Assembly: GCA_031370005.1 (NCBI GenBank) | Contig: JANMPT010000025.1 | Coordinates: 94,068 to 158,067 of the forward strand | Reading direction: 5' to 3' | Origin: Bdellovibrionales bacterium | GTDB lineage: Bacteria; Bdellovibrionota; Bdellovibrionia; Bdellovibrionales; Bdellovibrionaceae | DNA: 64,000 nt | Part shown: positions 1 through 10,689 of the stretch, piece by piece | How the letters are laid out: every line of letters begins with the position of its first letter | Numbering within the stretch: the stretch's first letter is position 1 | Translations under genes and position numbers: made by a program | The notes under the pieces: model-generated | Databases searched by the model: none | What the model was told of the DNA's origin: nothing | The model's input: the letters and a program-made list of their open reading frames with translations, nothing else

Positions 1-1
1 T

Positions 2-475
2 CTTCACAAGAGCCCGTGGTTTTTTGTGTGTCTTGTTCCTTTGATTCTCGGTCTTTTTATCTGGAAATATAAAAAGTCAGGAGTCGCCCTTTTTGTTGTG
101 TTACTGCTGGCGCTGGGAAGCTCCGACTTGATCGGCAATCAACTTTTTAAAAAAACAGTGGCACGCGCCCGTCCTGGCGACACAACACTCAGCACGGTAC
201 TGATTATTCGCTCACCTTATGGGGGCTATAGCTTTACCTCGAATCATGCAGCAAATATGTTTTGCCTAGCAAAATACATGAGCGAGTTCATTCCTCAAGC
301 CACGTTGATAGTATATTCTGCCGCTATCTTAGTCTCCTATAGCAGAGTGTATAATGGAGTCCATTATCCTTCAGATGTTTTTGGCGGAGGACTGCTTGGT
401 TGGCTTGTTGGATGGATGTATAGTATTCTCGGCAAAGAAGTCTACAACAGATTGAGAAAAAGAGTTACATTATGA
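2..475 (+). CDS. PAP2 family membrane phosphatase (5' end outside the window)
   Basis: KxxxxRxRP, SFTSNH and SRVYNGVHYPSD motifs; frame is open back to position 2. Confidence 0.85.
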   Translation, partial: LHKSPWFFVCLVPLILGLFIWKYKKSGVALFVVLLLALGSSDLIGNQLFKKTVARARPGDTTLSTVLIIRSPYGGYSFTSNHAANMFCLAKYMSEFIPQATLIVYSAAILVSYSRVYNGVHYPSDVFGGGLLGWLVGWMYSILGKEVYNRLRKRVTL

Positions 476-1461
476 AAGTTTTGGTCACAGGAGCAAATGG
501 TTTTTTAGGGAGCTGGCTCACTCGGGCCCTGGTCAAGGAAGGTCATGAGGTTTTTGCTTTAGTACGTGCACAAAGCGATTTGTCCGAACTTGAGGGTGTC
601 CCTTGCAATTATGTTTATGGTGATATTACGGACCTTGAGAGTCTTTATAAATCTTTTGCTGAAATCGATACTGTATTTCATCTCGCGGGGCTCATAGCGT
701 ATAAGAAAAAAGATCGTACTGAAATGGAAAAGATTAATGTCTTTGGTACTGAGAACGTAATTGAGGCATGTTTAACAAAAAAAATCAGAAAGCTTGTCTA
801 TGTTTCTTCAGTTGTGGCGGTTGGCGCTGGTTTTAATTCTCAGCAGATTCTCAACGAAGACTCGCACTATAATGTTGCGCATTTGAATCTAGGCTATTTT
901 GAAACCAAAAGATCCGCGGAGGGACTTGTTGTCGACGCGTATAAGAACAAAAATCTGGACTGTGTCATTATTAATCCAAGTACGATATATGGCGAAGGCG
1001 ATGCTAAAAAAAGCAGCCGCAAAACTCAAGTCAAAGTCGCTCAGGGGCATTTCAATTTTTATACCTGTGGTGGAGTTAGCGTTGTTTCTGTCGAAGATGT
1101 TGTGAGCGCCATTATCACTGCCTGGAAGAGCGGACGCAGCGGTGAACGCTACATTTTATCCGGTGAGAATCTTACTATCAAAGATCTTTTTAAATTGATC
1201 GCTGAAGAGGCAGGTGCGCGCCCACCGCAGTACAAGATTCCAAACTGGGTCCTGTTCGTGCTGGGACGTACTGGCGACTTAATGGAGGCTCTAGGCATGA
1301 AGGGCTCGCTCAGTACAGAGAATGCCTGGACGGCAACCTTATATCATTGGTTTGATAATAGTAAGGCACAAAAAGAGCTAGGATTTAAGCCCCGTCCTGC
1401 TCGCGAAGCGATTCGAAGTAGTGTATCGTGGATGAAAAAAAATGGGTTACTGAGTTCATAA
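472..1461 (+). CDS. NAD-dependent epimerase/dehydratase (extended SDR, HpnA/DFR-like)
   Basis: TGANGFLG Rossmann motif and YFETK (YxxxK) catalytic motif. Confidence 0.85.
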   Translation: MKVLVTGANGFLGSWLTRALVKEGHEVFALVRAQSDLSELEGVPCNYVYGDITDLESLYKSFAEIDTVFHLAGLIAYKKKDRTEMEKINVFGTENVIEACLTKKIRKLVYVSSVVAVGAGFNSQQILNEDSHYNVAHLNLGYFETKRSAEGLVVDAYKNKNLDCVIINPSTIYGEGDAKKSSRKTQVKVAQGHFNFYTCGGVSVVSVEDVVSAIITAWKSGRSGERYILSGENLTIKDLFKLIAEEAGARPPQYKIPNWVLFVLGRTGDLMEALGMKGSLSTENAWTATLYHWFDNSKAQKELGFKPRPAREAIRSSVSWMKKNGLLSS

Positions 1462-2261
1462 TGACAAAACTGTTTAAAATTTCAGGAGTCATCAGTCTAT
1501 TTATTTTAATAAGTGCGGGATCCTTCGCAGGCTATGTTTTTTACAAAATTCCATCTGAAAAAAAAATTAAAGGTTGCTTGGTGACGACGATGTATCAGGT
1601 ACACCTTTGTCCAGGATCCAAAGATTATGCGCCACTGAAGTCAATTTCAGCTTATTTGCAAAAAACAGTGGTGCTAACGGAAGACTCGACATTCTTTCAG
1701 CACGATGGCTTTGATTGGAGATCTATAGAGGAAAATGCGAAAAAGAATTTAGAAAAAGGTCAATATGCCAAAGGTGGATCTACAATTTCACAGCAGCTCG
1801 CAAAAAATATGTTTTTGTATAGGGATAAAACACTGTTTAGGAAGGGCCTTGAGGCTCTGATTACACAAAAAATTGAGAAAACGCTGACAAAAAATGAAAT
1901 ACTAGAGCGGTACTTAAATGTGGTTGAGTTCGGTAAAAACATTTATGGCGTGAAGCAGGCCGCAAATTTTTATTTCAAAAAGACTCCAGCACAGCTAGAT
2001 GTCGTAGAGTCCGCTTTTTTGGCGATGATTTTACCCAGCCCTATTAAGTACTCACAATCGTATTTCCGAAAAGATCTCACCCCGTTTGCGCAAAAAAGGC
2101 TGCGACGGATTGTGAACGATATGTATCAATATAGCCGTATCACAGAAGCGGAATATGCTGTGGCCATTGCTGAGGTAAACGGGCTTTTTTCTTCAAACCC
2201 AATGCCGGACTTCTTGGACGAACTCGAACAAAACAAAAACGAAGACGACTCGTTTTTCTGA
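1461..2261 (+). CDS. mtgA: Monofunctional peptidoglycan transglycosylase (GT51)
   Basis: EDSTFFQHDG, GGSTISQQLAKN and ILERYLN motifs; no transpeptidase domain; TAATG overlap with the upstream stop. Confidence 0.85.
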   Translation: MTKLFKISGVISLFILISAGSFAGYVFYKIPSEKKIKGCLVTTMYQVHLCPGSKDYAPLKSISAYLQKTVVLTEDSTFFQHDGFDWRSIEENAKKNLEKGQYAKGGSTISQQLAKNMFLYRDKTLFRKGLEALITQKIEKTLTKNEILERYLNVVEFGKNIYGVKQAANFYFKKTPAQLDVVESAFLAMILPSPIKYSQSYFRKDLTPFAQKRLRRIVNDMYQYSRITEAEYAVAIAEVNGLFSSNPMPDFLDELEQNKNEDDSFF

Positions 2262-2264
2262 TTT

Positions 2265-3053
2265 TTATTTCAGCAGTTTATTGCGAATTCTGTATATTGC
2301 AATATTCATAGCTAGGTAAGCCAGCATGAATAAAATGAACACGTGGATACCCACGGTTGCTGAAAAGCCGTCTTGAAGAATCCCGCGAACCGCCTGAACC
2401 GCATGAGTCAGTGGGAATAAATATGCAAAATATTTAAGACCGCCTGGTAGCTGGTCAATGGGGAAATAAGTTCCGCTTAACAAGGACATAGGCACAATAA
2501 ATCCAGATGTCGAATAAATAAAAGAATCATAATTTCGCGCATATGAAGTCATAATCATCGCAAGGGAGGCGAATAACCAACATAGAATCATTAAAACTAT
2601 CAAGGCAGGGAAAACTCTCCAGGTGTCGATAAGACCAAAGAAAGCTGCAACAAAAGCAACCCCGCAAACGCTGATATAACCTTTTGTTCCTGCCCAAAGG
2701 AGCTCACCAAGGGCGATTTCCTCAGGGCCAATTCGTGTTAGCATAATGGTCGAGTAGGTTCTTTGGTGAGTAAGCTTTGTAAAACCGCCGTAGGTGCCTT
2801 CGAAAAAAGTCACCATCATCCCTGTTGAGCATAAAAGGCCGGGGAAAAAAAAGTCGACATAGGAGTGCCCATGGATGTTACTTACAAAAGCTCCAAGGCC
2901 AAAACCAATGGCTCCTAAATACATTAATGGCTCAAGAAAAACCCAGAATAAAGAAACGGTCCATGTTTTGCGGAAGTATAAAAAGTTACGAGCCCAAACA
3001 CGTAGGAAGCCACTATTCATCTTGGGAGTGCGAAGTATCTCGGTAAATTTCAT
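2265..3053 (-). CDS. ABC-2 type transporter permease (NodJ-like)
   Basis: Six hydrophobic segments; SGTYFP and FPLTH motifs; coupled to the adjacent ATPase. Confidence 0.85.
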   Translation of the reverse strand: MKFTEILRTPKMNSGFLRVWARNFLYFRKTWTVSLFWVFLEPLMYLGAIGFGLGAFVSNIHGHSYVDFFFPGLLCSTGMMVTFFEGTYGGFTKLTHQRTYSTIMLTRIGPEEIALGELLWAGTKGYISVCGVAFVAAFFGLIDTWRVFPALIVLMILCWLFASLAMIMTSYARNYDSFIYSTSGFIVPMSLLSGTYFPIDQLPGGLKYFAYLFPLTHAVQAVRGILQDGFSATVGIHVFILFMLAYLAMNIAIYRIRNKLLK

Positions 3054-3979
3054 TACTCGTCCCTCAAGGTATGTCCTGCTAACTTCAAAAAGACATCATT
3101 CAATGTGGGTTTTCGGATAAGAATTTTATCGCTAGCTATTAACTCAATTGCCTTACGTCCCTCTTGTGTGGGGCTTATGAGAATCATTACGGTGTTTTGA
3201 ATAACTTGATAATTATAAGCGCCCTCGCGCAATCGCCCGGCATAGTAATTTAAATCTGCGGGGTTAGTTTCAAACTCCACGACTTCGATTCCGATATGCT
3301 CAAGGATCAAATCAGAAGGTTTTCCCATTGCTAGAATGCGACCATGATCCATGATTGCAACGCGGTCACATAAGCGCTCGGCCTCTTCCATATAATGGGT
3401 TGTTAAAACCACCGTGGCACTTTTCGTTTTCAACCGTTTGATAAAATCCCAAATCCATAAGCGTGCCTGAGGATCTAACCCAGTCGTGGGCTCATCCATA
3501 AAGAGAAGTTCAGGTTTATTCACGAGTGCGCGAGCAATCGCTAAACGGCGCTTCATCCCGCCACTGAGTGTGTCTACGGAGCGATCTGCGTATTCCTCCA
3601 GGCGCATCTCGCGCAATAATGATTGAGCTTTGATCGATGCTGTCTGAGCGGGAATTTCGTGGTAGCTGGCATAAACTAGCAGATTCTCAAGCACGTTGAG
3701 ATCGGGGTCCAGACCATCTTCTTGTGGAATCACGCCGATGCGAGCTTTAATTTCGCGATAATTTTTTTTAACATTTAAGCCCAAAACATAGAGCTCGCCA
3801 CTGGTTACAAGGGCACTACAATACATCATTTTCATCGTAGTAGATTTGCCAGCGCCGTTCGGACCCAGCAAACCAAAGCACTCCCCTTTGGGAATTTCTA
3901 AATTGATGCCATTGACGACAAAGTTCTCGCCATATTTTTTTTTGAGATCTTTGAGCTCAACGGCAACTTTTTGACTCAT
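3053..3979 (-). CDS. ABC transporter ATP-binding protein (NodI-like)
   Basis: GPNGAGKST, LSGGMKRR and MDEPTTGLDP motifs. Confidence 0.9.
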   Translation of the reverse strand: MSQKVAVELKDLKKKYGENFVVNGINLEIPKGECFGLLGPNGAGKSTTMKMMYCSALVTSGELYVLGLNVKKNYREIKARIGVIPQEDGLDPDLNVLENLLVYASYHEIPAQTASIKAQSLLREMRLEEYADRSVDTLSGGMKRRLAIARALVNKPELLFMDEPTTGLDPQARLWIWDFIKRLKTKSATVVLTTHYMEEAERLCDRVAIMDHGRILAMGKPSDLILEHIGIEVVEFETNPADLNYYAGRLREGAYNYQVIQNTVMILISPTQEGRKAIELIASDKILIRKPTLNDVFLKLAGHTLRDE

Positions 3980-5793
3980 TAGTCTCTCGATGCTTTTCCG
4001 CGGCGGCTTGAATCAAGATCGCGACAACGAATACGAATTGTCTTCGGAGTTACCTCAATCAATTCTGAATCCTTAATCCACTCCATGGCTTTTTCTAAGG
4101 TCATGGGACGAACTGGTACAATGCGAACGGCCTCATCGGTCCCTGAAGCACGAACGTTAGTCAGTTTTTTCTCGCGAGTTATATTTACAACAAGATCATT
4201 TTCTTTGGCGTGTTCGCCCACAATCATGCCTTCGAAGACTTCATCACCATGATTAACGTACATCACGCCGCGCTCTTGTAGGTTCCAGATTGCGTAAGCA
4301 ACAGCCATGCCTTTACGGTCAGATACCATTGCGCCGTTCATACGATGCTCAATCTCACCTTTGAAGGCTTCATAGCCATCAAACTGTGTGTTCAAAAGAC
4401 CCGTTCCACGAGTGTCTGTCAAAAAGGTGGATCTATAGCCAATCAATCCGCGAGAAGGAATGCGAAACTCAAGACGAGTTCGTCCGGTGCCTTTTTGTAC
4501 CATATTGGTCATGATGCCTTTGCGCTTGCCAAGTTTTTCTGTCACTGCGCCCACGTAGGCATCTTCGATATCAATAACCGCTATTTCCATGGGCTCTGTT
4601 CGCTGACCATTTTCTTCCTTGAAGATAACCGTTGGTTTAGAAACCAGAAGTTCGAAGTTTTCACGGCGCATTTGTTCAATCAAAACCGCCAATTGCAATT
4701 CGCCACGCCCGATAACCTTGAACGAATCTGTCAGTTCGGTTTTTTCAACCCGAATAGCCACATTGTAGAGAAGTTCTCTCTCAAGGCGTTCAAGAATTTT
4801 ACGGGAGGTTACGTTTTTCCCCTCCATGCCTGCGAAGGGCCCATTATTCACTGAAAAGATCATACCGACGGTGGGCTCATCAACCCGAATTCGCGGAAGT
4901 GGAGTTGGCTCAAGGGCAGAGGTAATGGTGTCGCCGATGGTGAAGTCTTCCATGCCGGCAATGACAACGATATCCCCTGCGCCAACTTCTTGAGCCGGTA
5001 CCAGTGAGTTTACTTTATATTGGAATAGGGCAGTAACTTTTACTTTCCTTTGTGAATGCTCCATCACGCAAAGAACGTCATCACCGACTTTAATAGTGCC
5101 GGCTCTCATTCGACCGATAGCTAAACGACCGACGTAGTCATTATAGGAAATGTTAGAAACCATCACTTGCAGTGGTGCATTCTCAACAATTTTTGGTGGC
5201 GGAACAAGATTTACGATTGCATCGTATAGAACCTCAAGAGTACCCGTGTTCACGCTTGGATCCAAAGTCGCCATACCCTCGCGGGCAATCGCGTAGATGG
5301 TGTGGAAATCGCACTGTTCTTCATTGGCTTCTAGATCAATAAATAAATCGAAAAGTTCATTGTGAACCTCTTGAATACGAGCATCTGAGCGGTCAATTTT
5401 ATTGATACAAACAATGACTTTTAAATTTTGCTCAAGCGCTTTTTTTAAAACGAAACGAGTTTGTGGAAGTGGACCTTCCGAGGCGTCGCATAGAAGGATG
5501 CAACCATCAACCATGTTGAGGATACGCTCAACTTCTCCACCAAAATCACTATGTCCCGGCGTATCGACTATATTTACTTTTATGTCTTTGTATGTGAACG
5601 AAGCGTTCTTGGCCGCAATAGTAATACCACGTTCTTTTTCAAGATCCATAGAGTCCATTAGTCGTTCTTCCACGTGCTCATTGTCACGGAAGGTGCCCGC
5701 CTGCCTGATCAAGTGATCAACGAGAGTTGTCTTACCATGATCGACGTGAGCAATAATGGCGATATTTCGAATTTTCTTTGGATCCTGAGTCAT
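3979..5793 (-). CDS. typA: Translational GTPase TypA/BipA
   Basis: IAHVDHGKTTLVD, ERGITI, DTPGHSDF and KKLTNVRASG motifs; start placed at MTQDPKK. Confidence 0.95.
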   Translation of the reverse strand: MTQDPKKIRNIAIIAHVDHGKTTLVDHLIRQAGTFRDNEHVEERLMDSMDLEKERGITIAAKNASFTYKDIKVNIVDTPGHSDFGGEVERILNMVDGCILLCDASEGPLPQTRFVLKKALEQNLKVIVCINKIDRSDARIQEVHNELFDLFIDLEANEEQCDFHTIYAIAREGMATLDPSVNTGTLEVLYDAIVNLVPPPKIVENAPLQVMVSNISYNDYVGRLAIGRMRAGTIKVGDDVLCVMEHSQRKVKVTALFQYKVNSLVPAQEVGAGDIVVIAGMEDFTIGDTITSALEPTPLPRIRVDEPTVGMIFSVNNGPFAGMEGKNVTSRKILERLERELLYNVAIRVEKTELTDSFKVIGRGELQLAVLIEQMRRENFELLVSKPTVIFKEENGQRTEPMEIAVIDIEDAYVGAVTEKLGKRKGIMTNMVQKGTGRTRLEFRIPSRGLIGYRSTFLTDTRGTGLLNTQFDGYEAFKGEIEHRMNGAMVSDRKGMAVAYAIWNLQERGVMYVNHGDEVFEGMIVGEHAKENDLVVNITREKKLTNVRASGTDEAVRIVPVRPMTLEKAMEWIKDSELIEVTPKTIRIRCRDLDSSRRGKASRD

Positions 5794-5812
5794 CTGTTTT
5801 CCTTGTGTTTCT

Positions 5813-6829
5813 TTAGCCGTGTCCACCCATGAGGAACTCTTCATGGCTAGTGTCTTCTTGTTTTATTGTTCCAATACTTTTAAAAAATTCCATAACTATT
5901 CCCATAAGTTCATCATTGGTTTTCGTTTGGAATAGATTTTTACGGAATTGGGAGGCCCCAGGGTATCCTGTTGCGAACCAAGCTGCAAACTTTCGCAGCT
6001 GAATCCCGGTGATATGCTCATCACAATGCGCCACGAGGGCTTCGCGTAGATCCATAAATAAGCTCATAAAGTCGCGGGAGAACTCCTGAGGAGCCTCTTT
6101 TCCCCCCCACAAGCTCAAAGCATCCATAAAAATATGTGGATTTTTTAAGCAGCCACGCCCGATAAGAACACCGTCACAACCAGACTCCTTCATCCTCATA
6201 ACAGCTTGTTTGGCAGTCAAAATGTCGCCATTTCCAAGGATCGGCAAGCGAGCTTTTGCTTTAATCTCTGCAATATGCTCCCAATCTGCCTGACCCGAAT
6301 ATGCTTGCGCGCGGGTTCTGCCGTGAATGGCAACCCAGGTGATTCCCTCATTATACGCAATATTGCAGACATCATGGGCATTGAGAGAACTTGAATCCCA
6401 GCCCGTACGGATTTTAATGGTCACAGGGATTTTCACGGCCTTTACTACTGCGCCAAGGACCTTCTCCATCAAGGGTAGGTCGCGGAGCATCCCAGAGCCA
6501 GCGCCCTTTTTAACAACCTTTGGAACAGGACAACCGAAGTTGAGGTCAACAAAATCGCAACCGCTTTCTTCAGCCACCTGAGCACCCCGGGCCAAAAGTC
6601 CCGGATCTTCGCCAAAAAGCTGAATGCCAATTGGCCGTTGGGTCCCATCAAAACTCATTAACTTCAGCGTGCGCTCGCTTTTGTACTCGATTCCCGCCGC
6701 GCTCACAAGTTCAGAGACAACAATGCTCGCACCACGCTTTTTCATAAAAGTACGAAAAGCATGGTCGGTGATTCCCGCCATAGGGGCTAAGACAAAAGGA
6801 TTTTGTTTTAAAGCATTTAATGGATGCAT
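5813..6829 (-). CDS. dusB: tRNA-dihydrouridine synthase
   Basis: LAPMAG, DLNFGCP, HGRTR and GNGDI motifs. Confidence 0.9.
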   Translation of the reverse strand: MHPLNALKQNPFVLAPMAGITDHAFRTFMKKRGASIVVSELVSAAGIEYKSERTLKLMSFDGTQRPIGIQLFGEDPGLLARGAQVAEESGCDFVDLNFGCPVPKVVKKGAGSGMLRDLPLMEKVLGAVVKAVKIPVTIKIRTGWDSSSLNAHDVCNIAYNEGITWVAIHGRTRAQAYSGQADWEHIAEIKAKARLPILGNGDILTAKQAVMRMKESGCDGVLIGRGCLKNPHIFMDALSLWGGKEAPQEFSRDFMSLFMDLREALVAHCDEHITGIQLRKFAAWFATGYPGASQFRKNLFQTKTNDELMGIVMEFFKSIGTIKQEDTSHEEFLMGGHG

Positions 6830-6953
6830 ACGAAGTGACAGGGTATAGCAAAAGACGGTCATTGGTGCCAGCGGAATCATGTTAAGTTATTATTTGATTG
6901 GACTCTTTAGCCTCAAACTCATTATAAGCCTTTTAGCAATATTTGGAGGATTT

Positions 6954-7721
6954 ATGTCAGATAGTGTTTTCGAAAAACCCGTAGAGACTCAGTATTTAGA
7001 ACCCGCTATTGAGTGCGACTTTGAAGCTTTTGCCAAAGTCGCTCAAAGCCGGCGATCTGTCAGGGTATTTACTGAGGATATTATTCCGGATTCTGTTGTG
7101 GAAAAGTGTCTGGATATGGCCCTACTTGCGCCGAACTCTTCAAATCTTCAACCTTGGGATTTTTACTGGGTAAAGTCGACTGAGAAAACTCAAAAACTAA
7201 AGGAGTATTGCCTCTATCAGCCAGCAGCAAAAACTGCCCCGACTTTAATTGTGGCAGTGGCAAGGCCAGACAACTGGAAGCGAGGGCAAAAAATCAACCT
7301 CGACTATCTCGCTGGACAAAAAAAACCACACGCAAGCATGATATGTTACTACGAAAAATTAGTCCCCTTTGTCTACGGCAATGGGCCCCTAAATTTGCTT
7401 GGACCTATAAAAAGTCTTTTATATGCAGTTATTGGGCTCTTCAAAGTCATTCCTCGTGGGCCTGTTGGAAAATCTGGCAATCGTTTATGGGCAACAAAGA
7501 CGACGGCATTGGCTTGTGAAAACCTGATGTTGGCCTTTAGAGCCGCTGGCTATGACTCTTGCCCCATGGAGGGCTTTGATGAAGTCCGAGTAAAAAAACT
7601 TTTGCGACTTACGCGCGGAGCCTCTGTCGCCATGGTAATTGGTGCCGGAAAGCGCGCAGCACATGGAGTTTACAACGAGCGTATCCGTGGTCCCAAGGAT
7701 ATGTTTGTAAAGGTCCTTTAG
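6954..7721 (+). CDS. Nitroreductase family protein
   Basis: RRSVR, APNSSNLQPW and CPMEGFD motifs; GGAGGA RBS before ATG 6954. Confidence 0.9.
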   Translation: MSDSVFEKPVETQYLEPAIECDFEAFAKVAQSRRSVRVFTEDIIPDSVVEKCLDMALLAPNSSNLQPWDFYWVKSTEKTQKLKEYCLYQPAAKTAPTLIVAVARPDNWKRGQKINLDYLAGQKKPHASMICYYEKLVPFVYGNGPLNLLGPIKSLLYAVIGLFKVIPRGPVGKSGNRLWATKTTALACENLMLAFRAAGYDSCPMEGFDEVRVKKLLRLTRGASVAMVIGAGKRAAHGVYNERIRGPKDMFVKVL

Positions 7722-7726
7722 AAAGA

Positions 7727-8335
7727 CTACTCCAGCCAAGTCACGCGACCCTCAAGTTGGCGAGGCGCTTTTGGTGGCTGGTGATCGGGGTATCCAATCA
7801 CCATGGCGCAGAGCAATTCCAATTCGCCTCTTTGATACTCAGGAAGCTGATCTACTCCAAGAAAGCGATCCACCTCTTCTTTGATTTCTAGTGGTGCCCC
7901 CATGGTGCAACAGCCAAGACCTTCAACAAAACAGGCAAGATTCATGTTTTCCACAGCCATATACACACTGCCGATGCTGGTATGATAACGTTCTTCGGCA
8001 TCGTTGTGGGAATAGGCAAAAACAAGAACTGGGGCATCGCCAAGGGTGAAGAAAAATCTTTCTGTGAAATCATAAAGTGAGGGTTTTAGGCGCAGACGAA
8101 GAAGATCTTTGATGCCGAGCCAAGACTTCTGAGAGTACTTGAGATACTCTTCACGCTTTGCTCTTTGAACAACAAAAAATCGCCAATTTTGTCTGTTTTT
8201 TCCAGACGGAGCCTCTACCGCAGCAGCAAGAATACGCTCTAAAATCTCCTTGGGAACGGGAATATTTTTATATTTGCGTACGGACCTGCGGGACTTTAAT
8301 AAATCGTAAAACTCTTCTTTATTCATCGTTTTCAT
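7727..8335 (-). CDS. Nitroreductase family protein
   Basis: RRSVRKY, APSGKNRQNW and EGLGCC motifs. Confidence 0.88.
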   Translation of the reverse strand: MKTMNKEEFYDLLKSRRSVRKYKNIPVPKEILERILAAAVEAPSGKNRQNWRFFVVQRAKREEYLKYSQKSWLGIKDLLRLRLKPSLYDFTERFFFTLGDAPVLVFAYSHNDAEERYHTSIGSVYMAVENMNLACFVEGLGCCTMGAPLEIKEEVDRFLGVDQLPEYQRGELELLCAMVIGYPDHQPPKAPRQLEGRVTWLE

Positions 8336-8363
8336 TCTAGCAAAGTTATGGCAGACTTCACCC

Positions 8364-8852
8364 ATGGATGTAAAAAAAAAACCATTCTATGCTGAAGGTC
8401 TATTCATCGGCGGCCTACTTGTTCTGGCTCTCCTTGTCACGGCTGTCGCAATAACGCCCCCTTGGCGCCAAGGCTTTAGAGATTTTTTTAATCCTGAGCA
8501 GCGCAATATTCTGGCAAAAATATCTGGAGATCTCACTGGTCGGGGTCTTTTTGTTACTGTTTTTAAAATACAAATACGGGACCGTCTGGTTTTAGAAGTT
8601 TACAACACCGAGAATCCAGAAGCGGTTACTTTGATGGCTCGAATTGTATTGCCTGAAAAAAGAGACGCGTACTTTCAATTAAAGGGAAATGCGACGAATT
8701 TAGGACTAGCGGATGTGGACAACGACGGGATATTAGAAATCATTGCCCCAGCTTTTGATGATCAAATGCAAGCAAGGTTGAACATTTATAAGTTCAACCT
8801 TGCCACTCGAAGTTTTGACCGGATGAATACACCACCAGGAGTCGAATTCTGA
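8364..8852 (+). CDS. Membrane-anchored hypothetical protein with one FG-GAP-like Ca-binding loop
   Basis: N-terminal TM helix; DVDNDGILEI motif. Confidence 0.65.
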   Translation: MDVKKKPFYAEGLFIGGLLVLALLVTAVAITPPWRQGFRDFFNPEQRNILAKISGDLTGRGLFVTVFKIQIRDRLVLEVYNTENPEAVTLMARIVLPEKRDAYFQLKGNATNLGLADVDNDGILEIIAPAFDDQMQARLNIYKFNLATRSFDRMNTPPGVEF

Positions 8853-10514
8853 TTAAAATCCTGAAACGTCGCCGACCTTGCCTCGTCCATTAGAACTTAC
8901 TTCGTCTTCATCAAATGGAATTGCATCTTGGCCGCTGCTTTTGTTTTTAGAAGCTATTTTTTTGGGCGTGAACTTTACAACACTGTGCTTTGGTTTGCCA
9001 TTTGCTTTTTTAGCTATGGAAGCCCCTGCTCTTGGGGCACCCATGATGTCATCGGCGCCGGGTTCAGTACCCAGGACAACTTCATTTAGTTTTTCTGTTA
9101 ACTGGCGCATTTGTATTGCTTGGGAAGCAATTTCTTCAGAAGTTGATGCGATCTCTTCGGAAGAGGCAGCATTGCTCTGAGCACCTTGATCCAATTGATT
9201 CATCGCTTTGCTAATTTGCTGAATACCGCTTGTTTGCTCTGAAGAGGCTGAAGCAATTTCATTGGCCAGATCTGCCACTTTTTTCACAGAAGAAACAATG
9301 TCTTGCATAACTACGCCCGACTTATCAGCGACAACCGTACCTTTTTCAATTTTTTCTACAGAATCCTTGATAAGTGTTGTGATGTCTTTTGCTGCGTCCG
9401 CACTTTTTTGCGCCAAAGTTCGAACCGCATCTGCTACAACTGCAAAGCCCTTACCTTGTTCCCCTGCACGAGCGGCCTCAACTGCCGCGTTGAGTGCCAA
9501 TAAATTCGTTTGAAAGGCAATGTCATCAATAACGTGAATGATTTCTTCAATTTTCCTAGAGGCCTGAGAAATTCCTTGCATTGATTCCACAAGGGTTTTG
9601 ATTTCTTTTTCGCCTTTTTCCGCTGAATCACGTGAAGTCTGTGCCAAAGCCGCAGCTTCCCGGGCATGGTCAGAATTCATTTGCACCATAGAACTCATCT
9701 CTTCAAGGGAAGCCACGGTTTCCTCTAGTGAGGCTGCGGATTCTGTTGAAGACTCTGAAAGTGCGTGGCCAGCAGCAGAAAGTTGTTCAATAGCTTGAGT
9801 CACTTGACCCGTAGAATCTGACAGATTGCTAGCAACATCACCCACTGAGTTTGAAATTCGGTAAGCAATCCACATAAGAGTAGAGAAGGTTGCAAAGATA
9901 GCAAACAAACCCCCAAAAATAAGAATGTTCCGACTAAAGGCGCGGAGCTCTGCCTGGTCCTTATCATGTGTCTTTGCGCTTGCTAAATAAATCTTAGTTA
10001 ATTCGCTAGAAGTAACCCTCATTTTAGCAAGAGCAGTCCTCCATTCACCTGTTGTAAGTTGGTCCTGAACAATTTTTAAAGACTCAGGATCGCCCTTTTC
10101 AATAAGACCAATAAGTTTCTCATTTAAAATAAAGAAAGCATCAATGCCTGCCTTTAGGTCAGAGGACAATTGACTTGTCCCTTCTAAATGGGGGATCGCA
10201 TCGTATGCTTTTAGGCTTTCTTTGAGCTCGCCCAAAGTCACAGTTGCTTTTTCAAGATACTCTTTGGAGGCTTTTGGGTCAGTGGTTTTTGTGCTGTAGC
10301 TTGCCCAAAGATAATAAGCGAGCCCCACCCTTGATCGTGCCATAGGAGTAAAGGTTTCAAGGCCGGGAACTAGGATTGTGAATGACCCATCTAACATCGC
10401 GCCGAGCTTGTTAGCTGTATTGACAGAAGCTCCCACGACAGCTAGCAAAGCTACAACCGGCAAAAATGCTGTCATTAATAATTGTCCGCGAATACCTTTA
10501 AACCACTGTTTCAT
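8853..10514 (-). CDS. Methyl-accepting chemotaxis protein
   Basis: Two TM helices; [30 protein letters not shown] signalling hairpin. Confidence 0.95.
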   Translation of the reverse strand: MKQWFKGIRGQLLMTAFLPVVALLAVVGASVNTANKLGAMLDGSFTILVPGLETFTPMARSRVGLAYYLWASYSTKTTDPKASKEYLEKATVTLGELKESLKAYDAIPHLEGTSQLSSDLKAGIDAFFILNEKLIGLIEKGDPESLKIVQDQLTTGEWRTALAKMRVTSSELTKIYLASAKTHDKDQAELRAFSRNILIFGGLFAIFATFSTLMWIAYRISNSVGDVASNLSDSTGQVTQAIEQLSAAGHALSESSTESAASLEETVASLEEMSSMVQMNSDHAREAAALAQTSRDSAEKGEKEIKTLVESMQGISQASRKIEEIIHVIDDIAFQTNLLALNAAVEAARAGEQGKGFAVVADAVRTLAQKSADAAKDITTLIKDSVEKIEKGTVVADKSGVVMQDIVSSVKKVADLANEIASASSEQTSGIQQISKAMNQLDQGAQSNAASSEEIASTSEEIASQAIQMRQLTEKLNEVVLGTEPGADDIMGAPRAGASIAKKANGKPKHSVVKFTPKKIASKNKSSGQDAIPFDEDEVSSNGRGKVGDVSGF

Positions 10515-10689
10515 TATTGTCTCTCCTTCACTTTAAGTGACTACACATCCTTTCGTGCAAAATGGACTTTTTCTAAAGGCTGAGGCGGTTTTTTATCTGA
10601 AATTTAACTTTTTGTGTGCTCCGGAAAAGGAGCAGCCAGTCGAACGTCTCAGTTTAAGGCCGAATTAAGGCTAATACTTATTTGTTTGT

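Noticed and set aside
2265..3979. Nodulation function for the NodIJ-like transporter
   Set aside because: No nod biosynthesis genes; this ABC-2 family is widespread
10515..10689. Possible c-di-GMP riboswitch upstream of the MCP
   Set aside because: The conserved GEMM motifs and stems were not found
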